Shown here: positions 15,151 to 23,859 of the stretch, in pieces
Layout of the letters: the number at the start of each line of letters is the position of its first letter
Numbering within the stretch: the first letter of the stretch is position 1
IMG/VR virus record: IMGVR_UViG_3300044983_000151
Coordinates: 1-27,106 of that record
Reading direction: 5' to 3' (one strand)
Source: a virus
Taxonomy: Duplodnaviria > Caudoviricetes
Length of the DNA: 27,106 nt
The notes under the pieces: generated by a model
Told to the model about the DNA's origin: nothing
What the model saw: only the letters and a program-made list of their open reading frames with translations
Database searches by the model: none
Program-made: the position numbers and the translations under genes

Positions 15151-16414
15151 GATTATAGTCGACCCTGACCGAGGTCGAAAGGAATTCGGGGACCTCGCAG
15201 GTCTGGCTGACTCAATCAAGCGACTCGGGCAGCTCCAGCCCGTCGTGGTTGAGCAGATTGACGGCTCGGACCAGTACCGCCTGCTAGCCGGTGAACGACG
15301 GCTCCGCGCACACCTAATACTCGGTCGCCAGACCATCCAAGCCCTGCTTCGAGAGGAGCTAGACGAACCTACTCGAAAAGAGATCGAACTGGAGGAGAAC
15401 CTCCATCGGCTAAATCTCACTTGGGTCGAGGAGGCTCGCTTGACTAGCGAGATCGACCAACTCAAACGCGACGCACACGGGGCGGCCTTTGCCAATCGAC
15501 ATGTCGAACGAGAAGGCTGGGGGACGGCCGATACGGCCCTGTCTCTCGGCGTGAGCCGACCGACCGTCAGTCGCGACCTCCAAGCAGCCCGAATTATCGA
15601 GCTTGTCCCACAACTAGCCGATGAGCCCGACCGCGCAGCGGCCCTCAAGAAGTTCGACAAGCTCTACGAAGCCCTCAAGCGAGAACGGGCTGTCCGGACG
15701 GGTGCCCTACGGGACGATGGCGTCTTGCTCGGCGACTGTCGAATCTTCTTGGCCGAGATGGAACCGGAGTCGGTCGACTGTATCGTTATGGATCCTCCCT
15801 ACGGAATCGCCCTCGGGGAGATCAACACTGGTCGCTACCAAGCGAGGATGCCCATTCATTTCGACGATACAGAAGTCAGCACGTTCGCGCTCCTAGAGCT
15901 GGTCTATCCTCTCCTTCGGAGAGTCCTCAAGCTGGACGGGCACCTCTACACTTTCTGTTCCATCAAGTTCATACCAGAACAGGTCGCCCTCCTGCGCGAA
16001 GCGGGCTTCGACCCTGATCACATCCCCCTCTGCTGGGTCAAATCTCGCGACTCCCTCGTCGACTACGATCACCGATACGCCGGGAATTGGGAGCCTATCC
16101 TTTTCTGCCGTGGTCGTCGACTTGCTAGGAAGCGCTCCAACGTATTCGACTATTCCAGCGTCCCGCCGACCGAACGTGCCAACGTGGCGGAGAAGCCAGT
16201 CGCGCTCCTGCGCGAGCTGATCGAAATGAGCACGCAGCCAGGTGAGGTTGTACTAGACCCGTTCGGTGGTTCGGGCAGCACGGCGGACGCGGCTAAGGGT
16301 CTCGGTCGGCGATATCTCGTCATAGAACAAGACAGGAATCAGTACAACGGCATCATAACTAGGCTGGATCAGAATTATCGACAGCCAGAGGAGGAAAGCG
16401 ATGAAGCACAGTAG
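15131..16414 (+). CDS. ParB-like N-terminal domain + HTH fused to a beta-class N6A/N4C DNA methyltransferase
   Basis: LADSIKRLGQLQPVVV...LLAGERRLRA...EENLHR (ParB); HTH LGVSRPTVSRDL; DPPY before EKP and LDPFGGSGST. GAGGAGG RBS supports the start at 15131. Confidence 0.9.
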   Translation: MDLLLDKIIVDPDRGRKEFGDLAGLADSIKRLGQLQPVVVEQIDGSDQYRLLAGERRLRAHLILGRQTIQALLREELDEPTRKEIELEENLHRLNLTWVEEARLTSEIDQLKRDAHGAAFANRHVEREGWGTADTALSLGVSRPTVSRDLQAARIIELVPQLADEPDRAAALKKFDKLYEALKRERAVRTGALRDDGVLLGDCRIFLAEMEPESVDCIVMDPPYGIALGEINTGRYQARMPIHFDDTEVSTFALLELVYPLLRRVLKLDGHLYTFCSIKFIPEQVALLREAGFDPDHIPLCWVKSRDSLVDYDHRYAGNWEPILFCRGRRLARKRSNVFDYSSVPPTERANVAEKPVALLRELIEMSTQPGEVVLDPFGGSGSTADAAKGLGRRYLVIEQDRNQYNGIITRLDQNYRQPEEESDEAQ

Positions 16415-16438
16415 ACAATCTCCCAAGGAGCCGGGGCG

Positions 16439-16630
16439 ATGAGCGCGAAGGTGAAGCCTGTCACTCATGTGTGGGTGAAAAACGGCCCATTCGATAGGAA
16501 GGGTGCGCCGAAGGTATGTGCTAGGTGCGGCACACTAAGCGACGTGGCGTCGAAGCACTGCATGGTCGATATACGAACGGATCACGTATGCATCTCGCGC
16601 ATCTCGCACTTCTGTGGGCCGCACAAATGA
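16439..16630 (+). CDS. Small Cys/His-rich hypothetical protein
   Basis: AAGGAG RBS; H.W...CARCG...C. Confidence 0.55.
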   Translation: MSAKVKPVTHVWVKNGPFDRKGAPKVCARCGTLSDVASKHCMVDIRTDHVCISRISHFCGPHK

Positions 16631-16929
16631 CCGACCGCGACCAGATCGCCGCCATCGTCGCCCTGCTCAAGGGGCAGGACGTGGCGAAGCCGGAATGCAC
16701 GTGCGCAAACGAGCGCGCAGCCCGCTTGATGGATTCCGACAGCGTGTGCTTGACGTTCTGCGCCACCAACGAGCCCGAGGCGCTGCGGCTGGTGCGGGAG
16801 AACGTCGCGGAGATTATCGAGCTACGGCGGCGACTATGGGAAGCGTGGAAGATCGAAGCGAACGCCGCCGATTTAGCCTATGAGTTTGTCCGCGTCGCCA
16901 CCCGTGCACACAGAAAGGCGCGACGATGA
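16627..16929 (+). CDS. Hypothetical protein (100 aa)
   Basis: ATGA overlap gives the start MTDRDQIA at 16627. Confidence 0.55.
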   Translation: MTDRDQIAAIVALLKGQDVAKPECTCANERAARLMDSDSVCLTFCATNEPEALRLVRENVAEIIELRRRLWEAWKIEANAADLAYEFVRVATRAHRKARR

Positions 16930-17471
16930 GTACAATCGACGAACTGGAGGCAATGCTAAACAGTGAAGGTTCAGATGCCGTGGACATTCTTCCCGATGGC
17001 ACGATTCGGAAACTTTCGCCGGAAGAGGCCGACGCGCGCCGTCGCGAACAGCGTAAGCAGATAGAGGAGCTGCGAGCCCAACCGCAGCACGTCGAGAAGC
17101 CGTATCGCGGCGTGTGTCGCATGTGTGGCCAGCCGTGGCCGTGCCAGACCGACCTCGCCCGCCAACTGGCCGACGAGCAGGCGGCGCATGGGGAGACGCG
17201 GCGCATCCGCGAAGCCTCCGACGCTGAGATGGTCCGTCAAGCGGTGGAGCTGGAATACAACAAGTGGCGCGATAAGGTACTCACCCTCGAATCTCGCCTC
17301 GCCGCCGTCACGACGGAGCGCGATGCGGTGAAGGCGCTGCTGCGCTTGTTGGAATGGAGCGGTGCGGGGGCTTTCGATGGCTCGGTATGGGTCGATACGT
17401 GTAGGCTGTGCGACGGTTACAGACCGAGGCACAAACCAGACTGCGCCGTCGCGGCGGCGCTGAAGGAGTGA
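16926..17471 (+). CDS. Coiled-coil protein with two Zn-binding motifs
   Basis: H......CRMCGQPWPC and CRLC......H..DC motifs; ATGA overlap. Confidence 0.7.
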   Translation: MSTIDELEAMLNSEGSDAVDILPDGTIRKLSPEEADARRREQRKQIEELRAQPQHVEKPYRGVCRMCGQPWPCQTDLARQLADEQAAHGETRRIREASDAEMVRQAVELEYNKWRDKVLTLESRLAAVTTERDAVKALLRLLEWSGAGAFDGSVWVDTCRLCDGYRPRHKPDCAVAAALKE

Positions 17472-17475
17472 GGAG

Positions 17476-17748
17476 ATGGAAAAGCTAGACAAGAAGTTCG
17501 TTGGTCCGATTCGCAAGGTGAAAGATGCTTCGCTAGTTCCCGACGACCAGTGGTGCGCCTTTCTCGCAAAGGACAACGCCTTTGCACGTGTGCTGCCGTT
17601 GTATGTCCAAGCCTGCATTGATCTCGGATGCGACGCAGAACAGATCGTTGCTGTCCAAGCCATGCAGGCGCACGTCGAAGAGTGGCGTGCGGCACACCCG
17701 GAGCAGTTGAAGAACCCCGACGCGAAGGGCGAGCGGTTACTACCGTGA
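17476..17748 (+). CDS. Hypothetical protein (90 aa)
   Basis: GAGGAG RBS; FLAKD..F...L..Y...C...G pattern. Confidence 0.7.
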   Translation: MEKLDKKFVGPIRKVKDASLVPDDQWCAFLAKDNAFARVLPLYVQACIDLGCDAEQIVAVQAMQAHVEEWRAAHPEQLKNPDAKGERLLP

Positions 17749-18092
17749 CCGACCTCGACACCCTCCGCGCCACACTCTCCACCACCGAGGCGCGGCTAGC
17801 GAAGGCGCTGGAGGTGCTGCGCGATTACCACGAAAACACGCACACCGCCGAGTGCGTCGACTTCACGTGTATCTGTGGCATGGTGCAAATCGCTGACCGT
17901 GCCGCCGCTGTACTAAATAAACCCGACACCGCCGCCCTCCTCGCCAGGGTGGAGGCGGAACGTGAGGTGGTTGAGGCCGCGGTCGAATGGGGTAAGGAGC
18001 CAGCCGAGTCCTACGACACGCCAAACACTCGACTAGCCACTGCGTTACGCGCCCTCGCGGCCGTCGAGGCCCAGGGGCAGGAGAAGCTATGA
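17745..18092 (+). CDS. Hypothetical coiled-coil protein
   Basis: GTGA overlap gives a start at 17745; H...C....C.C motif. Confidence 0.55.
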   Translation: MTDLDTLRATLSTTEARLAKALEVLRDYHENTHTAECVDFTCICGMVQIADRAAAVLNKPDTAALLARVEAEREVVEAAVEWGKEPAESYDTPNTRLATALRALAAVEAQGQEKL

Positions 18093-18295
18093 CTACCATC
18101 CTAAGTTTCAAATGCGGCTCCCGCTTCGTCGCCCGCGGGGAGGAGAAGTTCGGGGTGCTTGTCAACAATAGGGTCGAACTCCGAGCAGCCCGAGACATCA
18201 TGCCAGGCGATATCCTGACCGGTGGAGGCGGTCCGCATGGTTGGACTGGTGGCCTCGTGACCAAAGTAGAAGGAGATCAAAATGACGGAGACTGA
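18089..18295 (+). CDS. Hypothetical protein (68 aa)
   Basis: AGGAG RBS; ATGA overlap. Confidence 0.55.
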   Translation: MTTILSFKCGSRFVARGEEKFGVLVNNRVELRAARDIMPGDILTGGGGPHGWTGGLVTKVEGDQNDGD

Positions 18296-18617
18296 CGCAG
18301 AGGAGCTACTTAGAGAGCTGGCCTTCCGAGTCTGGGGCAACGCAGACCGACATGGTTTCTGGAACGACCAACCTAACTACGCGGAGAAGATAGCCCTCAT
18401 ACATAGTGAGCTGTCCGAAGCCCTCGAAGCTCTCCGTGTAGCGGACAAACCAGACCAACACTGTCCAGACTTCACCAACTTCGAGATCGAGCTGGCGGAC
18501 GTCATCATTAGAGTCCTCGACCTCGCACACGCGAAGGGCTGCCGTATCGGGCCGGCGACACTGGCGAAGATCAAGTACAACGAGACGCGGCTATACACAC
18601 ACAGCAAGTCCTTCTAA
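18282..18617 (+). CDS. MazG-like nucleotide pyrophosphohydrolase
   Basis: ALIHSELSEALEALR...EIELADVIIRVLD (ExxE...ExxD) and K..YN..R; TAATG coupling to the polymerase. Confidence 0.85.
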   Translation: MTETDAEELLRELAFRVWGNADRHGFWNDQPNYAEKIALIHSELSEALEALRVADKPDQHCPDFTNFEIELADVIIRVLDLAHAKGCRIGPATLAKIKYNETRLYTHSKSF

Positions 18618-20974
18618 TGCGCTACCACATCGGCCCCGAGGGACCAAGAAACGCCTCTCTCGCAATCGTCGCTGAGAAGCCGGGCAGGGAGGAGCTTTCC
18701 TACCTAGAGCAGCACGGGACAGGTCGGCCCTTGATCGGCGTCTCAGGTCGTGCCGTAGACCGACACCTAGAACGGGTCGGCTCCAGCCGCGGGCAGGTCT
18801 GGCTAACCAACGCCGTACAGGACTTCGACACCCTAGGCAACCCGACCGACGCCGACATCCGGCGAGAGCGGGTCCGCCTGTATCGAGAGCTGTCCAGCCT
18901 GCCCAACCTGAACTGTGTCGTCGCAATGGGCAACGCGGCCATGTTGGCCCTGTCCAACTTCCACTACGGCGACATCATGCGGAGGCGCGGCTCGATCCTG
19001 CCAACTACGTTCGGCGCCAAGATGGTTCCGACTCTCCACCCCGCCTTCTACATGCGAGGGGAGTGGCGGTATCGGCCAGTTGTCGAATTCGACCTCAAGC
19101 GTGCCCTGGATGAGTCGAAGACTCGCGCTCTCAGCCTACCGGAACGGACCTACTACATCGAACCAACCTTCTCTGAGGCTATCGAATGGATGGAGAGTCT
19201 CCAAGGCGCGAAGTACCTCTCATTCGACATCGAGACACATCGCCCTCAGTGGATTTCCTGTATCAGCTTCTCCGACCACTTCAATCGCTCCTACTGCATT
19301 CCCATCATGCGGGGGAACCGCTCGTCCTACTGGCCGAATCGGGAAGAAGTCCAGATATGGCGGGCCATCCAGCGCGTCCTCGCGCAGCCGGTGGTCTGCT
19401 ACGTAACGCAGAACGGTCTGTTCGACTGCTGGCATCTCTGGCGGCATGGGATAGAGACGCCGTACATGTCCACCGGCTTCGATACCATGTATGCTCATCG
19501 GACCATCGCGCCGGACCTGCCACACGCCCTGCATTTCCTCGTCTCTATCTATACAAGAGAGCCCTACTACAAGGACGAATCGGGCAGGTGGGACGAGGAC
19601 TACCGGAGCACGCCAGACCGGCAGTTCTGGACATACAACTCCAAGGACTCCTCCACGACGCTGGAGGTCGCCTTCGCTGAGATCGAGGACATGCGAGAGC
19701 TCGGTCTGCTCGACTACTACCTGAAGTATCGACAGTCCAAATTCAACACTCTCCTCGACATGCGAAAAGGCGGCATACGCGTCGACACCGAACGGCTCGC
19801 TGCCGTTCGGTCGAAGCTCATGGAGGAGCGCGCAGGCGCGGAGACACGCCTGAGTAGCGAACTCGGCTGGTCCCCCAACACAAAGAGCTACATCGACATG
19901 GGTCGCCTCTTCGGTCAGCTCGGTATTTCCTTCTATACAACGCCGACGGGCAGACCGAAATCGAACGAAGACAGTATGGTCGCCTATATCCACCAAGCCG
20001 GCAACTCGAACAATACAAAGGCTGTCGAGATGCTCGGCCTGTGTCTCGACATCACTGAACGCAGAACTCTCGAGTCTGGCTTCCTGAACATCGCCCTCGA
20101 CAAGCACGACTTCTACCACCCCTCCTACGACCTCTCCAAGGCCGTCACGGGCAGGGATCAGTCGGAGGGCGCCCCCGAGGGCGGACCGCAGCTAATGAAC
20201 ATCCCCAAGCCGATCAGGGTCGTCTTTGTAGCCGACGAATCCGGCCCGGATTGGGAAGTAACTCAGGTCGACCTGAAGACTACCGAAGCCCGTATATCCG
20301 CCTGGGAAGCACAGGACGTCTTCCTCATAGCCGCCTTCGAGCAGAACAAGGATGTCTACTGCGTCAACGCCTGTAAGATATACGCGGGGTGGACAGACAC
20401 ATCTCGACTCCCGCCCGATCACCTTATCAACTCGTTCAAGGGGACGGATAAGCGCCAACGCTCGAAGGTCGCCACTCTAGCATTCGACTACAAAATGGGG
20501 CCGCGGAAGTTCGTCATCATCCAAGCTCGGGCTGGCGCACACTATACGGAAGCAGAGGCCAAATTCATCCAGTCCGTCGTACTCTCGCCGGCCAAGCGAC
20601 GCTGGCACGAAGAAGTAGCCGAGCAACTCCGCCAGACCGGCTGGCTCACCAACGCCTTCGGTCTCAAACGAGAGTTCTACGGGATATTCGACGAGGATAT
20701 GATTCGGGCGGGCTTGAGTTGGAAGGCTCAGTCGGTCGTCGCGCACATCGACGCAGTCGCCAAGGTTTACCTCGCCCGCGAGCTACCCAAGCTCGGTGCC
20801 CGTCTGATGACCACAACGCACGACTCTAGCACGATCTCCAATAGGAGATCGAGAAGGGAGGAGCTTATCGGAATAGTCCATCGAGCGTACAATCAACCAA
20901 TGACGATTCACGGTAGACGGCTCTTGATACCGATTGATATAACACATGGGCCGTCGTGGGGAGAGCAGAAGTAG
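18617..20974 (+). CDS. polA: Family A DNA polymerase with N-terminal uracil-DNA glycosylase-like domain and 3'-5' exonuclease
   Basis: UDG-like AEKPG..E...GRPLIGVSG, TNAV, PTLHPA; Exo FDIET, NGLFD, YNSKD; polymerase motif A DLKTTEAR, motif B RQRSKVATLAFDY, motif C THDS. Confidence 0.92.
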   Translation: MRYHIGPEGPRNASLAIVAEKPGREELSYLEQHGTGRPLIGVSGRAVDRHLERVGSSRGQVWLTNAVQDFDTLGNPTDADIRRERVRLYRELSSLPNLNCVVAMGNAAMLALSNFHYGDIMRRRGSILPTTFGAKMVPTLHPAFYMRGEWRYRPVVEFDLKRALDESKTRALSLPERTYYIEPTFSEAIEWMESLQGAKYLSFDIETHRPQWISCISFSDHFNRSYCIPIMRGNRSSYWPNREEVQIWRAIQRVLAQPVVCYVTQNGLFDCWHLWRHGIETPYMSTGFDTMYAHRTIAPDLPHALHFLVSIYTREPYYKDESGRWDEDYRSTPDRQFWTYNSKDSSTTLEVAFAEIEDMRELGLLDYYLKYRQSKFNTLLDMRKGGIRVDTERLAAVRSKLMEERAGAETRLSSELGWSPNTKSYIDMGRLFGQLGISFYTTPTGRPKSNEDSMVAYIHQAGNSNNTKAVEMLGLCLDITERRTLESGFLNIALDKHDFYHPSYDLSKAVTGRDQSEGAPEGGPQLMNIPKPIRVVFVADESGPDWEVTQVDLKTTEARISAWEAQDVFLIAAFEQNKDVYCVNACKIYAGWTDTSRLPPDHLINSFKGTDKRQRSKVATLAFDYKMGPRKFVIIQARAGAHYTEAEAKFIQSVVLSPAKRRWHEEVAEQLRQTGWLTNAFGLKREFYGIFDEDMIRAGLSWKAQSVVAHIDAVAKVYLARELPKLGARLMTTTHDSSTISNRRSRREELIGIVHRAYNQPMTIHGRRLLIPIDITHGPSWGEQK

Positions 20975-20983
20975 GAGGACGAT

Positions 20984-21307
20984 ATGGCAAGGAAAGTAAG
21001 GAAGACGGTCACACGAGAGCAGTCCGATCCACACGTCGGCAAAGTAGGGGACGGAAGTGGCGCCAGCGACGTCAACCGCCCGACGCACTACATCAGCCAC
21101 CCGTCTGGCATCGAGTGCATCGAAGTGACACGCCACATGAACTTCAACCTCGGGAATGCGATGAAATACATCTGGCGTGCGTCCTCAAGATACGAGGACG
21201 AGCTGACGCCTACAGGGTTTCTATCTAAAGACCTAGCTAAAGCCATTTGGTATCTCCGAGATGAGATCGCTCGGATCGAGCTTGCGGCTATAGAGAAGAA
21301 TAGCTAG
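20984..21307 (+). CDS. DUF3310 family protein (T7 gp1.7-like nucleotide kinase family)
   Basis: DVNRPTHY....GIECIEV....FNLGNAMKYIWR ... DLAKAIWYL. Confidence 0.85.
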   Translation: MARKVRKTVTREQSDPHVGKVGDGSGASDVNRPTHYISHPSGIECIEVTRHMNFNLGNAMKYIWRASSRYEDELTPTGFLSKDLAKAIWYLRDEIARIELAAIEKNS

Positions 21308-21319
21308 CAGGATCGGTCC

Positions 21320-22645
21320 GTGAGCTGGCTCCGCGACTATCTGGAGTACACCCTCCACCAGGAGAGTCCGACCGACCTGCATTTCTGGGTCGGCATGGCC
21401 GTCCTGGCCTCTGTGCTCGATAGACGCATCTGGGTCCACAAGCAGAAGATGGGCGTCCAGTGGTATAAGGTCTATCCTGGACAGCTCATGTGCGTTCTAG
21501 TCACGCCGCCAGGGAAGGGACATAAGGGAGCGGCCATGCGGGTTGGCCGTGGTCTCATGGAAGACCTCGGCATCCACATCATCAAAGGAAAGGGCTCGAC
21601 AGAAGGCATCATCAAGAAGATAGCTCGGGGGCCGATGTATGTAAGTCAGACAGGCCGGATCGCCTCAATGGCGCAGCCCGATGCGATTGCCTGTCTCATC
21701 GCCCCTGAGTTATCGGTGATGCTCTCTCGGCAGACATACGCCGAGAGCTTGATTGATTTCCTCACAGACATCTACGACGCCGACGGAGACTTCCCCTATA
21801 CACTCAGTCAGCAAGAGCTAATCCTACACAATCCCTGCCTGACGTTCCTCGCCGGCGCGACGCCCGTCTCCATAGGCGACTCAATCCCTGAGAAAGCACA
21901 TGGCTCTGGCTACATCAGTCGAGTCTTGCATGTCTGGCACAGCGGCGTGGAGCGTCCCTACGACTCCCTAGTCGAACTCCTGCCCGTTGACCAAGTCAAG
22001 AAGATCAAGGACGCGAAGGACCAGATTCGGGCCGACCTCGTCGAGCGCCTAAAACTACTCCGCGGCCTCTCCGGCGAGATCGTCTTCTACCGAGATGAAC
22101 AGGAGACGGACCTGTATCTCAAAGCCAAATCCAACGGAGGGGGCTTCGAGCCGCAGCTAGACGCTGCTTGCTGGTACGACTACTGGCACGATAGATGGAA
22201 GGAGTCCTTTGAGGGACAGGGCGAGGGCTATCCGACCAGGAAGCCGGATCACCTTCTCAGACTAGCCACTCTCCTCATGGCCTCTGAGATGGTCAAGCAG
22301 GGAGCTGTCGCGCCACTCCCGGCGCCTGTCATGACGATCCCGCTCATGGACGCAGCCCGGCTTGCTCTGGACAAGCTGGAGAAGGGCTTTGGACATGCCT
22401 TCGCCTGTATCGGTCAGCACAAGCAGGCGATGCTACTTCAGGAGAAGGTCCTGAAGGTACTACAGAAGTACGGCGGAACAGCGACGACGCGCCAAATCCT
22501 CGGAACGACGATCCGCTATTTCCGAGATGTGAAAGAGTACAAGGACGTGATGTCCACCCTCGTCGACGCTGGACTAATCACGTACCTTGGCGTCAAGGGG
22601 GGCAGCTCTGACGAGTGGTGGGAGATTGCGAAGGCGGCTCCGTAG
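21320..22645 (+). CDS. DUF3987-like P-loop NTPase (putative replicative helicase) with C-terminal winged helix
   Basis: WL..YLEY....ESP...H.W...VLA..L.R.IW; LVTPPGKGHKG (Walker A-like), STEG, APELS, L.D.YD, GATP, GYISR; follows PolA. Confidence 0.7.
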   Translation: MSWLRDYLEYTLHQESPTDLHFWVGMAVLASVLDRRIWVHKQKMGVQWYKVYPGQLMCVLVTPPGKGHKGAAMRVGRGLMEDLGIHIIKGKGSTEGIIKKIARGPMYVSQTGRIASMAQPDAIACLIAPELSVMLSRQTYAESLIDFLTDIYDADGDFPYTLSQQELILHNPCLTFLAGATPVSIGDSIPEKAHGSGYISRVLHVWHSGVERPYDSLVELLPVDQVKKIKDAKDQIRADLVERLKLLRGLSGEIVFYRDEQETDLYLKAKSNGGGFEPQLDAACWYDYWHDRWKESFEGQGEGYPTRKPDHLLRLATLLMASEMVKQGAVAPLPAPVMTIPLMDAARLALDKLEKGFGHAFACIGQHKQAMLLQEKVLKVLQKYGGTATTRQILGTTIRYFRDVKEYKDVMSTLVDAGLITYLGVKGGSSDEWWEIAKAAP

Positions 22646-22653
22646 GAGGGACG

Positions 22654-22947
22654 ATGACGGACGAGAAGCTACTTGAGGCACTAGACATATATTTTCAGGC
22701 AACAGACGTAAGGCCAGAAAAGCTAGCAGACAACTTCTATCTCGTCCCGAGCGTCTTTATTAACCGAGGCGCTAGGCTACGTCACATAGCCTGGATGTGC
22801 AAGGAAGTGAGAGCCTTCGTCACGCAAGGCCGACGAGAGAAGGCTATGCGCTGGCTTGGGTTTATCCAGGGCGTTATATGGTCGACCGGACTGTTCTCGC
22901 TAGACCAAATCAAGAATCACGTTCGTCCTGACGAACCGGAGCCTTAG
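22654..22947 (+). CDS. Hypothetical protein (97 aa); last rightward gene
   Basis: AGGAGG RBS before the ATG at 22654; HIAWMC...EKAMRWLGFIQG motif. Confidence 0.7.
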   Translation: MTDEKLLEALDIYFQATDVRPEKLADNFYLVPSVFINRGARLRHIAWMCKEVRAFVTQGRREKAMRWLGFIQGVIWSTGLFSLDQIKNHVRPDEPEP

Positions 22948-23053
22948 AAGCCGGACAGACATGTGGGGTATCACGCAGCCCGTCCTTGAAGTACTGCCCA
23001 TTACACTCAGGACAATACCCGATCAAGAGCCCGACGCTAGGTTGCTTGTCCAT
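22910..23053 (-). CDS. 47-aa Zn-ribbon-like peptide (not in the ORF track)
   Basis: GAGGAGG RBS; MDKQPSVGLLIGYCPECNGQYFKDGLRDTPHVCPAS...; overlaps the convergent gene. Confidence 0.45.
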   Translation of the reverse strand: MDKQPSVGLLIGYCPECNGQYFKDGLRDTPHVCPASKAPVRQDERDS

Positions 23054-23420
23054 TCTCTACCTCCTCAATGGCCTGCTCATAATTCGCCCACGAGACGCCC
23101 AAGCAGTGGGCGAGCTGCCGCTCGGCAATCGTCGCATGTTGATGCTGCCAAAAATACGGGCTGGCTACGTCGTCACCCGGCTCATCCAGCCCGTCGTGCG
23201 GCTGCCAACCTTTGTCAAACGCATCGACCTGCTCCTGCGTAATCCCCTTCACGCGACACTCAAGCGCCTCGAACTGTTCGTGATAGGCGGCACACATCTC
23301 CATCTTCCAGTCTCCTAGATGGGAGACACGAATCTGGAGCGTGTCGTCCTCCCACCACCAGTCTCCGACGGTAGGGTAGCGCTGTTCGCTATGCGGGATT
23401 ATCTGGACAACGACGTTCAT
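23037..23420 (-). CDS. HExxE metal-binding (zincin-like) protein, 127 aa
   Basis: Start moved to MNVVVQII at 23420 to avoid overlap. QRYPTVGDW...AYHEQFE...EPGDD..SPY..QH..AT.AER. Confidence 0.65.
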   Translation of the reverse strand: MNVVVQIIPHSEQRYPTVGDWWWEDDTLQIRVSHLGDWKMEMCAAYHEQFEALECRVKGITQEQVDAFDKGWQPHDGLDEPGDDVASPYFWQHQHATIAERQLAHCLGVSWANYEQAIEEVENGQAT

Positions 23421-23427
23421 CTCAAGC

Positions 23428-23859
23428 CTAATCAGGCCATGTATGCACGCTAGACCCGAAGATCGACGTCCACAATTTCGGTAGCCAACCAGGTTCGACG
23501 CTCTGTTTCTGCACGGGCGAACGTCTAGTTGGTGTAGGCGCGACCAGTCGACCCTTTTTCTCCATCTCCTCTTTCTGCTCTGCTCGACCCACAGCAGTCC
23601 CCTCCGCAGTCCCCGCAGCATGAGCCGCCGCCTGTAGTCTCTCAGACATTGAGTTCGTCGCTTTCTCAACCTGATTCACCTGAGCCGCTATCGCGGGCAC
23701 CGCCTCAGCAATCGGCGCGACGATGCGATTTGTATGCCAAGCAACGAGCAGACCGGGCGCCCCTGCAATCAGGGCGAGGATGACGGTCGTCCAGTTAATC
23801 CGTGAGCTGGACCGAAATCGGTCCAGCTCAGCTCGTTCGTCTTCAGACAGCTTACTCAT
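23428..23859 (-). CDS. Single-TM membrane protein with helical tail
   Basis: TM WTTVILALIAGAPGLLVAW then an Ala-rich helix; ATGA overlap with the PurD-like gene. Confidence 0.65.
   Translation of the reverse strand: MSKLSEDERAELDRFRSSSRINWTTVILALIAGAPGLLVAWHTNRIVAPIAEAVPAIAAQVNQVEKATNSMSERLQAAAHAAGTAEGTAVGRAEQKEEMEKKGRLVAPTPTRRSPVQKQSVEPGWLPKLWTSIFGSSVHTWPD

Noticed and set aside
15131-15700. ParB as a plasmid-prophage partition system
   Set aside because: It is fused to a methyltransferase, and no ParA-type ATPase is present.
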